Below, in pieces: positions 1 through 26,673 of a stretch of 64,000 nucleotides of DNA; positions within the stretch are counted from its first letter, which is position 1, and each line of letters opens with the position of its first letter. The notes beneath the pieces were generated by a model. The model did no database searches. It was not told where the DNA came from and worked only from the letters and a program-made list of their open reading frames with translations. The stretch is taken from positions 33,294,001 to 33,358,000 of the forward strand of contig CM120642.1 of assembly GCA_051362555.1 (NCBI GenBank). Reading direction: 5' to 3'. Position numbers and translations under genes: made by a program. The DNA is from Lingula anatina. Taxonomy: Eukaryota; Animalia; Brachiopoda.

Positions 1-334
1 ATTTTGCTGTGGTTGTTATAAATCCAGATTGTAATAAGCGAGTCCAGAGTTCTTTATCTGTTTCCCATAGATCTGCATGGTTGTAATGCTTCATGGCTCT
101 GGGTATTTCACCGCTCTGGCACACTTTGGGGCCTCTAAAAAAAAATAAAAATCAAGATTTTAGTTTGGTTTTAACTTGTTAAATTATTTGTGACTGCTGG
201 GATGACTTTTATAGACCTCGTTGAAGAAATTAAACTATTTTTCATCATGCAAACATTGTTTAAATTAGAACTATAAATGAAATCAAGTTTAATTAGGTTA
301 AAACATGAATGCAAAGGTATCACTTACTGTGCGG

Positions 335-487
335 CTAATCCAAAATAATTGGATTGTGTTCCGATCCAAGCGGAACTTCCATTTCAGCTAAAAATAGCAT
401 TAGCAGATGTATTATGATATCATCTGTATAGATCAAAAAGGAAAACTGTCTTCCGTCTTCAAGTTCAATGACAATTCTGGAAATCAT
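335..487 (-). CDS. 50-aa hypothetical protein ending in a SIM-like motif
   Basis: Hand translation MISRIVIELEDGRQFSFLIYTDDIIIHLLMLFLAEMEVPLGSEHNPIILD*; below the ORF-track cut-off; packed downstream of the 612-1115 ORF. Confidence 0.3.
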   Translation of the reverse strand: MISRIVIELEDGRQFSFLIYTDDIIIHLLMLFLAEMEVPLGSEHNPIILD

Positions 488-611
488 TTTTCTGTGGTGG
501 GTAGCTCAGCTAACAAATGCCTAACTGTTATTTAGACGCTGTGTACAAGTTATAATCCCAGTAGAAAGCATTAAACGACGCGGTTCCAAGGCAACGATGC
601 GCTAAAACTGT

Positions 612-1115
612 TTATACTGCAATTTTATTACACAATTTTATTTGCCTTAAATGGGTTCTTTTGTGCCGGTGCTTCTGCTGTCCACATATACTACTAGCGG
701 ATGGGATAATTACTACCCTCAGGCGCTGAAAGTGATTTGGCGGAGCCATAGTTTTAATTAGGGTAAAGAGGAGAGCAACAAGCTCTCCCACCGAATTGAG
801 GTTGCCTTGAGTAGGACACCACCCCATTAAAATTATTAGATGAGGAAAACCCATCAATATAGAGGCCAACATATCCTTCAGCGCCTCATTAGTTAATTCT
901 TGAGGCGCTGCCAAGTATCTAATTGCGTAAGCCCCTTCGAGTTCTGGCACTTGGCCTTCCTCGTTGGCTTTGATCACCTCTCGTAATGAGGAATTGCGCA
1001 CAACGTAGGTATCCATAGTCGTGACTGACTCTATGAGTGCAGAACAATTAGTGTCAGAAAACACTGTGTAAGATGTTAATAACAGTGGGGGTTGATGTCT
1101 GATAAAGATCATCAT
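612..1115 (-). CDS. Hypothetical protein with possible degenerate SGNH/GDSL-like fold (family of 4 copies)
   Basis: 167-aa ORF with paralogs at 3267-3500, 5162-5467 and 7616-7849 that keep the frame through many substitutions. VFSDT, RNSSL..V, YLAAPQEL and VVIIPS..IKLCN are spaced like SGNH blocks, but catalytic residues are not canonical. Confidence 0.4.
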   Translation of the reverse strand: MMIFIRHQPPLLLTSYTVFSDTNCSALIESVTTMDTYVVRNSSLREVIKANEEGQVPELEGAYAIRYLAAPQELTNEALKDMLASILMGFPHLIILMGWCPTQGNLNSVGELVALLFTLIKTMAPPNHFQRLRVVIIPSASSICGQQKHRHKRTHLRQIKLCNKIAV

Positions 1116-2034
1116 GAAGTGGCTTACACCTGTCTGTGTAAGGGATGTTGAAATGAAAAAGTCCCGGGTTTGCCCAGTGACCTTTATTATGGTTTACAGA
1201 GTTCCTTGGTTAAAAAGAAGATGAACTACGGACACGGATTCAAATCTAGTTTGATAAAAGTTTTATTTTTTCACAATGATTACTACTTCATTGAATTTTG
1301 CTGTAATTTGTAATCTACAGGTAAATCCAAATTGTAATAAATTATAATAAGCGAGTCCAGAGTTCTTCGTAACCCAACCGGTTTCACCATAGATCTCATT
1401 GTAATACTTCATGGCTCTGGGTTGATTTGGGCATTTCACCGCTCTGGCACACTTTGTGAAGCTGGAGCCTCTAGAAAAATCAAGATTTTTGGTTTGGTTT
1501 TAACAAAAGGTTTAATTTTTTGTATTTTCTATATAACTACATATAAAAATCGAAGAAGACTATGGCATGGTCAGATGCAATGGGCAATCTTCTTGGTCTT
1601 AATCGTCAGGCCTGTAATTAAAAAAAGAAAAGAAAAATCTATTATATAACGCACACATATAATGAAAGGATTTTCATATCAACAAAAATTCATGTGTACA
1701 CATTTTATTTCCTTTACCTATTTTTCTAATTATAGTCCAGTATTCCCCTCAATCAAGTACATTTTTTTGGTGCTTACCAGTTTTAACCCTACTGATCCGG
1801 TTCTTCCCCTTGCTCATCTTCTTCTTCCTATTGGGGAGGACCTGTTTAACGTTCCAGCTTTTAGAAAAAAAAAAAGGAAAACATTTAATTACGCATTACA
1901 TTCCACCTTATTACAGCATATAATGTTTACATTTTTTAGCGCTGTACTTCTCTTAACATTTAGTGATATAGTAATGTTGACATTATTAATTTACATATGT
2001 ATATATACATATATAGGAATAGTTAAATTAATAG

Positions 2035-2316
2035 TTAACTTACCTCTTCATGCAGATCACAAATGGTGTATGGAAACTGGTCCATGACCAGCTTGCACAG
2101 CATTGGGTCCCTTAATAGTGTTTTCAATGCTTCAATGCTGATGCGTGCGTAATTCTGCACGCAAAAGTTTATGCAGCACGCCCTAAGGGACGTGCATCCC
2201 ATCCTATCTGCCATTGACATTAAGTCAATGACATTTTCCGTATTTATACTTGTGTAAATTTGCTCCTCGCACAACTCCTCAAGCGTTGCTGCATTTTCCT
2301 CCCAAATAGCCTCCAT
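2035..2316 (-). CDS. Small BACK/BPM_C-like helical domain protein, copy 1
   Basis: LEELCEEQIYTSINTENVIDLMSMADRMGCTSLRACCINFCVQNY matches the L..LCE..L...L..ENV...L..AD.....L...CI.F...N pattern found after BTB domains. Kozak ACACCATGG at 2316, TATA upstream, and a GAG|GTAAGT donor near the ORF end. Confidence 0.6.
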   Translation of the reverse strand: MEAIWEENAATLEELCEEQIYTSINTENVIDLMSMADRMGCTSLRACCINFCVQNYARISIEALKTLLRDPMLCKLVMDQFPYTICDLHEEVS

Positions 2317-2357
2317 GGTGTATTTGGAAGTATACCAGGACATTGTTTGAAACGTGG

Positions 2358-2393
2358 TATTTATACGCCCCTCTTCCCCTAGTCTCAGCCAAT
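2358..2393 (-). promoter_or_regulatory. Compact Pol II promoter (TATAAATA plus CCAAT) of the BACK-like ORF
   Basis: TATAAATA on minus at 2358-2365, ~42 nt upstream of ATG 2316; CCAAT at 2389-2393; conserved upstream of copy 2 (~6707-6742). Confidence 0.5.
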
Positions 2394-2766
2394 CTGTATT
2401 ATCAACGTGATTATGAAATGATTGACAGTTGACAATCTCATACTACCACACTCATGTTGCAGCCAGTCTACCACCCCTCCCCACCCCCAAAAAAGTGTCT
2501 ATCTGACATGTTCAAAAAAGAGTCACAATTCAGTCTCCCTTGTTGCTTCTTCTCCTGTAACTCTGTTTTCGCCTAAGGTAAAATCTTCCAAGTGGAGTGC
2601 ATAGGCTAACACTAAACTAGTAATACTAGCAAGTCCCGAGGATAATCCAGCTGAAACAAAATGAAGCATAATAACTATGCATTCTACAAAGAAGCTACTG
2701 AATCATAAATTCTGTCTTCTAATTCTATTGGCGTTAAATAACTGATTACTTAAACAAACTATTCAG

Positions 2767-3102
2767 CTACTCTGGCTCTACGCGTAATTGTGGGCGAAAA
2801 ATTAATTTTACCAGGCATCCTATGATTGCAATTACAAAAAATAAAGTTGCAGTGGTCAGACTAAAGGAAATAAAGTCAAATGTAGCCCAGTTGCACGTAC
2901 AGATGGTACTTGAACAGTCAATCATTTCATCTACTGTATTCTCAATGGGCTTTGTAAGTGGTGGGAAAGTAGTACTATTAGAGGCTGCAACCGTTGTTTC
3001 TGTCGTCATATTCATCTGATTACAAAGGACATCCATATCAGTAGACTGGTCAGAAGGGCAATATCCATTAAAGACAATCACTACCTCCCCATCGGGAAAC
3101 AT
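2767..3102 (-). CDS. Putative single-pass membrane glycoprotein (Thr-rich stalk, Cys cluster, TM helix), copy 1
   Basis: NMT and NST sequons, Thr-rich stretch, hydrophobic FISFSLTTATLFFVIAIIGCLV followed by basic residues. Frame stays open up to a TTAG acceptor at 3161; identical copy at 7116-7451. Confidence 0.45.
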   Translation of the reverse strand: MFPDGEVVIVFNGYCPSDQSTDMDVLCNQMNMTTETTVAASNSTTFPPLTKPIENTVDEMIDCSSTICTCNWATFDFISFSLTTATLFFVIAIIGCLVKLIFRPQLRVEPE

Positions 3103-3266
3103 GTTGTCCAGGTTAACATGTTTTACATGGTCGCCATCATCAAGAATTATTACTCTCGTACCTAATAATATAAAAGAAACGACGCGCTATTTACATCAAT
3201 AGATTGGATTGATACAATTACATTTTCCCAATGCTCTATATGTTTAGGTAAAAATGAATGTGTATT

Positions 3267-3500
3267 TCATAGGAAATTTATTTTACTCACCCGAATAGAC
3301 TTCGCCATGTCCTTTAGCGCTTCATTATTTAATTCTTGGGGTGTTGCCAAGTATCTGATTGTGGCAGCCCCTTCGAATTCTGGCACTTGGCCTTCCTCGT
3401 TGGCTTTGATCACCTCTAGTAATGAGGAATTGCCCACAACATAGGTATCCATAGTTGTGACTGACTCAACGAGTGCAGAACAATTTGTGTCAGAAAACAC
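3267..3500 (-). CDS. Truncated paralog of the 612-1115 ORF family
   Basis: Aligns with the N-terminal half of the 612-1115 protein, then diverges at a GTGAGT donor-like site. Confidence 0.35.
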   Translation of the reverse strand: MFSDTNCSALVESVTTMDTYVVGNSSLLEVIKANEEGQVPEFEGAATIRYLATPQELNNEALKDMAKSIRVSKINFL

Positions 3501-3776
3501 TATGTAAGGTGTTGGTAACGGTTGGGGTCGAACATTTTACATACTCATTGTTCTGCACCCCAAACATTTTATCATCATTCATTTAAGACTCAGCAATGGT
3601 CGTTATAAAGAGATGTCGCACAGTGCCTCCCATGTACTTTTATCAAGTGTTACATCGTAAATATCGAAGCATAAGCTTGACTTACTGGTCGATAAACAAT
3701 CTTCACCAGCGATTCCTCCTTGTTGATGTCCTACAGCACACGAATGCCATGGTTTCCTCCCAGCTGCTGGTCCATT

Positions 3777-4990
3777 TCAGAGTAGGTGTCTACGACTTTG
3801 TTCCATCCAGTAACATCCCCTCTTTGTAGGGTTTCTGAACTTGGCACAAAGTTTTATACAAAGTCCCTCCACAATTCTGTTTATGGCAGGAGAAGCCACA
3901 GGTACCCCTGTACCCAGAAAACTTCTGAAATTTAATAAAACTTGTCCATCGCATTTTTGAAGATGGCCATGCAAGATGTTCAGAAAGCTTCTGTGACCTT
4001 ATTCACAGATGGTGAAGCAGCAGGCAATGCTGGTGCAATAGGAGTCCATTTTCAGTTGTCTGTGCCCCGTCTCTTTCCTTTTAAACAAAAGGTTTTATTT
4101 TCTATTTAACTACATATAGAAATCAAAAAAGACTATGGCATGGTCAGATGTAATGGTCAATCTTCTTCGTTGCTAATCGTCAGCCCACTAATTAAAAAAA
4201 AAAAAAAATCAATTATATAACGCACGCATATAATGATAGGAAATCCTTACTGACAACAAAAGAACAAGTGTACACATTTTATTTCCTTTATTTATTTTTT
4301 TAATTATACTCCAGTGTTCCCCTCACTCAAGTACATTTTATAGAGCTGACCTATTTTAATCTTTATTGAACCTGTTCTTCTCCTTCTTTGACTGTTTCAG
4401 CCATGGGTGCTCCTTCTTTGACCGTTTCTTCCATGGGTTCAGTATGGCACTTCATCTTTAAAAAAAGCGTTAAATGCATAACATTTCAATGTAGTATGGC
4501 ATATACATGTAACCATAACTAAATCAGTTATATTCTTATTGCTGTACTCCCCCAATCTCCTTTCGCCGTGGTTGGCCACAGGAACTGCAGGCAAAAAATC
4601 TTTTTTCATTTTATATCTGCCCACAGTTCCCTCCTCCTCTTGTGCTTTTCTTTTTTTTTGTGGTACCAGGAGGTAGACTTAGGCATGGCAAAAGATGGTT
4701 GAGTACTGAGGGGCATGGCACTCCCTTTTTTTAAAAGCACTATTTGATTTCATTTTTTTTCTTTTTTTTTCTTTAATTTTTTCAAGAGTCATTTTCCTCC
4801 AATCTTCGTATGTCAAAGCACTGTTAGGGCAGTGCCAATACCCCTTTAGTTGCCTGTGCCCAACCTCCTTGCGCCGTGGTTGGCCACAGGAACTGCAGGC
4901 AAAAAACTTTTATCATATTATACCTGCCTACAGTTCCCTCTTCCTTTTCTTCTTAGGCCTTAGGCTTCTAGGGTGCCATACGGGTGTCGT
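3777..4990 (-). pseudogene. Shuffled, frameshifted fragments of a large protein with a C-terminal CxxC..H..C zinc knuckle
   Basis: ACSSCGQPRRKEVGHRQLKGYWHCPNSALTYEDWRK (starting 4900); MPKSTSWYHKKK..EEEGTVGRYKMKKDF..ACSSCGQPRRKEIG (starting 4686, two frameshifts in homopolymers); RKETGHRQLK (~4082-4053); RSFLGTGVPVASPAINRIVEGLCIKLCAKF (ORF 3777-3974). Confidence 0.5.
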
Positions 4991-5161
4991 CCGCAGTCCT
5001 CTCAACCACAATATCCATATTAGATCGTCTTATGTTTCAAAATCACAGTCAGCGGATGGGATAATTACTACCCTCAGGCGCTGAAAGTGATTTGGCGGAG
5101 CCATAGTTTTAATTAGGGTAAAGAGGAGAGCAACGAAATCTCCCACCGAATTTAGGTTGCC

Positions 5162-5467
5162 TCATGTAGGACACCACCCCATTAAAATTATTAGATGGGG
5201 AAAACCTATCAATATATTTGTCAACATATCCTTCAGGGCCTCATTAGTTAATTCTCGAGGCGCCAAGTATCTAATAACATAAGCCCCTTCCAGTTCTGGC
5301 ACTTGGCCTTCCTCGTTGGCTTTGATCACCTCTCGTAATGAGGAATTGCGCACAACGTAGGTATCCATAGTCGTGACTGACTCTATGAGTGCAGAACAAT
5401 TAGTGTCAGAAAACACTGTGTAAGATGTTAATAACAGTGGGGGTTGATGTCTGATAAAGATCATCAT
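5162..5467 (-). CDS. Copy of the SGNH-like ORF with a premature stop
   Basis: Same N-terminus as 612-1115; TGA after GWCPT although DNA similarity continues to 5051. Confidence 0.35.
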   Translation of the reverse strand: MMIFIRHQPPLLLTSYTVFSDTNCSALIESVTTMDTYVVRNSSLREVIKANEEGQVPELEGAYVIRYLAPRELTNEALKDMLTNILIGFPHLIILMGWCPT

Positions 5468-6383
5468 GAAGTGGCTTACACCTGTCTGTGTAAGGGATGT
5501 TGAAATGAAAAAGTCCCGGGTTTGCCCAGTGACCTTTATTATGGTTTACCGAGTTCCTTGGTTAAAAAGAAGATGAACTACGGACACGGATTCAAATCTA
5601 GTTTGATAAAAGTTTTATTTTTTCACAATGATTACTACTTTCATTGAATTTTGCTGTAATTTGTAATCTACAGGTAAATCCAAATTGTAATAAATTATAA
5701 TAAGCGAGTCCAGAGTTCTTCGTAACCCAACCGGTTTCACCATAGATCTCATTGTAATACTTCATGGCTCTGGGTTGATTTGGGCATTTCACCGCTCTGG
5801 CACACTTTGTGAAGCTGGAGCCTCTAGAAAAATCAAGATTTTTGGTTTGGTTTTAACAAAAGGTTTAATTTTTTGTTTTTTCTATATAACTACATATAAA
5901 AATCGAAGAAGACTATGGCATGGTCAGATGCAATGGGCAATCTTCTTGGTCTTAATCGTCAGGCCTGTAATTAAAAAGAGAAAAGAAAAATCTATTATAT
6001 AACGCACACATATAATGAAAGGATTTTCATATCAACAAAAATTCAAGTGTACACATTTTATTTCCTTTACCTATTTTTCTAATTATAGTCCAGTATTCCC
6101 CTCAATCAAGTACATTTTTTAGTGCTTACCAGTTTTAATCCTACTGGTCCGGTTCTTCCCCTTCCTCATCTTCTTCTTCCTATTGGGGAGGACCTGTTTA
6201 ACGTTCCAGCTTTTAGAAAAAAAAGGAATACATTTAATTACGCATTACATTTCACCTTATTACAGCATATAATGTTTACATTTTTTAGCGCTGTACTTCT
6301 CTTAACATTTAGTGATATAGTAATGTTTACATTATTTATTTACATATTTATATATACATATATAGGAATAGTTAAATTAATAG

Positions 6384-6665
6384 TTAACTTACCTCTTCAT
6401 GCAGATCACAAATGGTGTATGCAAACTGGTCCATGACTAGCTTGCTCAACACTGGGTCCCTATGTAACATAGCCATGGACCCAATGCTGATATGTGTGTA
6501 GTTCTGCACGCAAAAGTTTATGCAGCACGCCCTAAGGGACGTGCATCCCATTCTATCTGCCATTGACATTAAGTCAATGACATTTTCCGTATTTATACTT
6601 GTGTAAATTTGCTCCTCGCACAACTCCTCAAGCGTTGCTGCATTTTCCTCCCAAATAGCCTCCAT
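6384..6665 (-). CDS. Small BACK/BPM_C-like domain protein, copy 2
   Basis: Identical to copy 1 except for a divergent C-terminal patch (YTHISIGSMAMLHRDPVLSK). Confidence 0.6.
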   Translation of the reverse strand: MEAIWEENAATLEELCEEQIYTSINTENVIDLMSMADRMGCTSLRACCINFCVQNYTHISIGSMAMLHRDPVLSKLVMDQFAYTICDLHEEVS

Positions 6666-7115
6666 GGTGTATTTGGAAGTATACCAGGACGTTGTTTGAA
6701 ACGTGGTATTTATACGCCCCTCTTCCCCTAGTCTCAGCCAATCTGTATTATCAACGTGATTATGAAATGATTGACAGTTGACAATCTCATACCACCACAC
6801 TCATGTTGCAGCCAGTCTACCACCCCTCCCCACCCCCAAAAAAGTGTCTATCTGAAATGTTCAAAAAAGAGTCACAATTCAGTCTCCCTTGTTGCTTCTT
6901 CTCCTGTAACTCTGTCTTCGCCTAAGGTAAAATCTTCCAAGTGGAGTGCATAGGCTAACACTAAACTAGTAATACTAGCAAGTCCCGAGGATAATCCAGC
7001 TGAAACAAAAGGAAGCATAATAACTATGCATTCTACAAAGAAGCTACTGAATCATAAATTCTGTCTTCTAATTCTATTGGCGTTAAATAACTGATTACTT
7101 AAACAAACTATTCAG

Positions 7116-7451
7116 CTACTCTGGCTCTACGCGTAATTGTGGGCGAAAAATTAATTTTACCAGGCATCCTATGATTGCAATTACAAAAAATAAAGTTGCA
7201 GTGGTCAGACTAAAGGAAATAAAGTCAAATGTAGCCCAGTTGCACGTACAGATGGTACTTGAACAGTCAATCATTTCATCTACTGTATTCTCAATGGGCT
7301 TTGTAAGTGGTGGGAAAGTAGTACTATTAGAGGCTGCAACCGTTGTTTCTGTCGTCATATTCATCTGATTACAAAGGACATCCATATCAGTAGACTGGTC
7401 AGAAGGGCAATATCCATTAAAGACAATCACTACCTCCCCATCGGGAAACAT
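7116..7451 (-). CDS. Putative membrane glycoprotein, copy 2
   Basis: Identical translation to 2767-3102. Confidence 0.45.
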   Translation of the reverse strand: MFPDGEVVIVFNGYCPSDQSTDMDVLCNQMNMTTETTVAASNSTTFPPLTKPIENTVDEMIDCSSTICTCNWATFDFISFSLTTATLFFVIAIIGCLVKLIFRPQLRVEPE

Positions 7452-7615
7452 GTTGTCCAGGTTAACATGTTTTACCTGGTCGCCATCATCAAGAATTATT
7501 ACTCTCGTACCTAATAATATAAAAGAAACGACGCGCTATTTACATCAATAGATTGGATTGATACAATTATATTTTCCCAATGCTCTATATGTTTAGGTAA
7601 AAATGAATGTGTATT

Positions 7616-7849
7616 TCATAGGAAATTTATTTTACTTATCCGAATAGACTTCGCCATGTCCTTTAGCGCTTCATTATTTAATTCTTGGGGTGTTGCCAAG
7701 TATCTGATTGTGGCAGCCCCTTCGAATTCTGGCACTTGGCCTTCCTCGTTGGCTTTGATCACCTCTAGTAATGAGGAATTGCCCACAACATAGGTATCCA
7801 TAGTTGTGACTGACTCAACGAGTGCAGAACAATTTGTGTCAGAAAACAC
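7616..7849 (-). CDS. Truncated SGNH-like paralog, copy 2
   Basis: Near-identical to 3267-3500. Confidence 0.35.
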   Translation of the reverse strand: MFSDTNCSALVESVTTMDTYVVGNSSLLEVIKANEEGQVPEFEGAATIRYLATPQELNNEALKDMAKSIRISKINFL

Positions 7850-8193
7850 TATGTAAGGTGTTAGTAACGGTTGGGGTCGAACATTTTACATACTCATTGT
7901 TCTGCACCCCAAGCACTGGTCTCTGCATGCTCTTGAAAGCAGTCATTAAAAAACTGCAGCAGCTTCCCCTGATGATTTAGCTTCTTTTGGTTGTAGCTTG
8001 TATACGTCGTTAAGGGATGACAAGGTCCTGTTGCTTCTAGAAGCAATGTTCTTTACAATGTACGCATCGAATGCCATCATATGAGTACAACTACAATATT
8101 AACATTCTTAACACGGTATACAAACTTTTCTAATCATTAGGTAATATAGTAATGTTCACATTATTTATATATGTAAGAATAGTTAAATTAATA

Positions 8194-8455
8194 TTTAACT
8201 TACCTCTTCGTGCAGATCACTGCATGTGTATGCAAACTGGTCCATGACCATTTTGCTCATCACTGGATCCTTATATAACATAGGCATGGATCAAGCCTGG
8301 ATCCATGGCTTAGTTATGCACACAAAACGTTACGCAGCACGCCCTAAGGGACATGCACCCTATCCTATGAGCTAATGTCATTAGCTCTATGACATTATCA
8401 GCGTCTATATTATCTTTAATTTTGGTTGAACAGTTTTCCTCCAAATAGACTCCAT
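8194..8455 (-). pseudogene. Degenerate third copy of the BACK-like gene
   Basis: ATG context (CCATGG at 8452-8457), SLRACCV and MVMDQFAYT..DLHEE|GTAAGT still recognisable, with indels and a mutated TATA. Confidence 0.6.
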
Positions 8456-9831
8456 GGTGAGTTGAGAAGTATATGAGACCGTAGTTTGAAACATTGTATT
8501 TCTACCCCTCTTTCCCTAGTCTCCGCCAATCTGTATTATGAACAGAAATGATTGACAGCTGATAATCCCCTACCCCCACACCCATGTTCAAGTCAGCTTA
8601 TCACACCCCTTTTGGCGCTACACCCCCACCCCCCTAGTTAAATTCACGTAATGATATGTTATTTCTTAATTTGTGACTGTTACTGTAATCATTGCAGTTG
8701 CTGCGACGAGTGCTCTGCAATGTTATCCCATTCCAACTGTTGTAGTAACAGTTGTAGCAATAAATCAAAATAAAGGTAGGGATGCAGACTACAGCTGAAC
8801 TATTGAGACTGGTCAATTCCAGAGATAATTGGGCTGGAAAAAGAAGTTAACTACGAGTTCTTTGGTTAAAGCTGGGGAATCGCTTGAAATAATTATGTTC
8901 CGTTCTTTATACGTCCTTTGACACAACAGCTACCCATTGAGCAGTTTTCTTCTAAAATTCATACATGTCTGATGTACCAAATTTTAATATTCTCGTTTCC
9001 ATTTGGTTGCCACTAGTTTTACCAGAAATTCCAGTGAGACATCATACCTGCACAGTGCACTAGCTGAACATCCCGCTATATCCATACGTAGTCGATTCAC
9101 CTTGTGAGTGACTTGGCAATCACCAGCAAGATCACCATTTTCAAGATATAAATCTCATTATTATTATTGATAGAACTGCAAACTTTTTTGCTCGTGTATA
9201 GTAGATTTATAGGTTTAAGTAGTGTTGCTTTCAGTGTCTAACACATGTTGTTGAAGAAGAATTGGAAAAGTTATACAATTTTATATATATATATTTGTAT
9301 GTTATCTCAGTGTCAGAATTTTCAGAACTTGGAAGAGTTCCTATTTTTTTCACTTGATTGAACATAAGTGCCATTTGATCATTTTCAAAAGACAATCTAG
9401 AATTGGTATTTGTTCTTTGCCATCTACTAGGATCCTTGCATTAAGAAAATAACTTTTGCGGGTTAATTTTGTAAGTGAATGCACTATGAACTTCTATTAT
9501 AAATTGTAAAAATCCAGGCCCCTGGCCATATATTGTCACATAATGAGAAATTTCAGACCAGTGCGATTTACATAAGCAACCTATAGTGATCTTGGTGGTG
9601 CCGGGTCAAAGGAAATTTCCAAGAGAATTGTATGGTTTTATAAGAAAATCGAATGGATAAAACTTGTTCTCTATTATTGATAATATTAAATTTTGTCTTG
9701 TAGCAGGGAGGTAAGCAATGAGATTGTTATTCAAAGTACGTATTGTTTTCTTTGTACTACTGGTTTGATAGGGTTCAGAGTGTACAAAAAAAGAAAAGTG
9801 ACCAGTGAGGGGAAATAGGACCCTCATCAAA

Positions 9832-10054
9832 GGGACAGTTACCAGACCCTAACTTTGGACCGATCCATCTCCAAGGGGATTCCTGCTAAATTGTAATCAA
9901 CTTTAGCGGCTTAGATGTCTGTCACGCCTTGTGAAGCTGCTAATTAACTGTTGTTTAGTGGCTTCAGTAGGCATGCCAAACATCTAAGCTTAAAGCAATT
10001 TAGCAAAAAACCCATTGAAGATAGATCGATCTAGGTATAGGAACTCATTTTCTC
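9832..10054. mobile_element. ~250-bp MITE-like family A (GATCGATC-containing imperfect terminal inverted repeats)
   Basis: Shared blocks (gatccatctcc, gctaaattg, cttagatgtctgtca, cttcagtaggc, atagatcgatcta) with copies at 32263-32514, 33404-33606, 45726-45979 and a fragment at ~21593-21655. Confidence 0.7.
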
Positions 10055-10739
10055 TCACTAGGCACTGTTCTTTTGTATTACTCCTATCTGTTCTGTTTTG
10101 TAGAAAAATGTTAAAAGAAAAAGCACATTTTAAAGAAGCAGTTAAAAAATTAAGGTTATGATGAATAAAGTGTTTGTAAAGAATTCCGATAAATGGCATG
10201 TTTTGTGAATGATTTTCTGTAAATTTATTCTGAAATGCTTTCTGTACAATAATAAATATATTTTTTTCAAATATTTCTGACTTGTTGTCAGTATCTAGTG
10301 TACCTTAGAACTTGATAAAAAATGGGTTAATATCAATTACAGTAATACAAAGTAGTATATTAGTTTATGAAGCCCATTTCTACACAAAGAGACCAAATGT
10401 AAGTGATTTGTCTTTATTTTTCTCGCTCCTACAAAATTACAAAAGGCAAAATAAAACACATTCCTCTTCATCAGGAATAAATTGTAACTGCAGTGATAAT
10501 TTGACAGTCAGATTGTTCTCCAAGGCTCTGGCTCCCATTTCACTAATCAGATGAGAAAGAAAGAAATAATACAAACGTGATGACTTTTTTTTCAAAGAGG
10601 ATCACAAATTTCTATGATGATAGCAGATTTCTTTGCCACAATATAATCAAAACTTACACATACACGAAATATAAATCGATATCACAGACTTTTCTTTTGG
10701 AACAGTAACATAAAACTATATGGAAAAACATCTTGAAAG

Positions 10740-26673
<15,934 letters not shown>

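Larger units (their letters stand above)
696..7912. repeat. Near-identical ~2.87-kb direct duplication (696-3563 vs 5051-7912, offset ~4.35 kb) inside a mosaic of older diverged copies
   Basis: Identical or near-identical ORF pairs in the track (1422/5775, 2422/6771, 2767/7116, 3267/7616). Shared sequence starts at AGCGGATGGGATAATT (696, 5051) and ends at TTCTGCACCCCAA (3563, 7912). More diverged pieces: 1-180 matches ~1300-1505, ~4083-4390 matches ~1500-1830, ~8140-8630 matches ~1960-2490. Confidence 0.93.
1..9200 (-). mobile_element. Decayed, rearranged virus-like or large DNA-transposon cassette of short same-strand ORFs
   Basis: Tightly packed minus-strand ORFs, a compact TATA/CCAAT promoter, frameshifted zinc-knuckle protein fragments and internal duplications. 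No terminal repeat, integrase, polymerase or capsid gene recognised. Right boundary is approximate. Confidence 0.45.

Noticed and set aside
1422-2087. Plus-strand ORFs in the duplicated cassette (also 5775-6436)
   Set aside because: Low-complexity antisense shadows of AT-rich minus-strand sequence; frame not preserved between copies.
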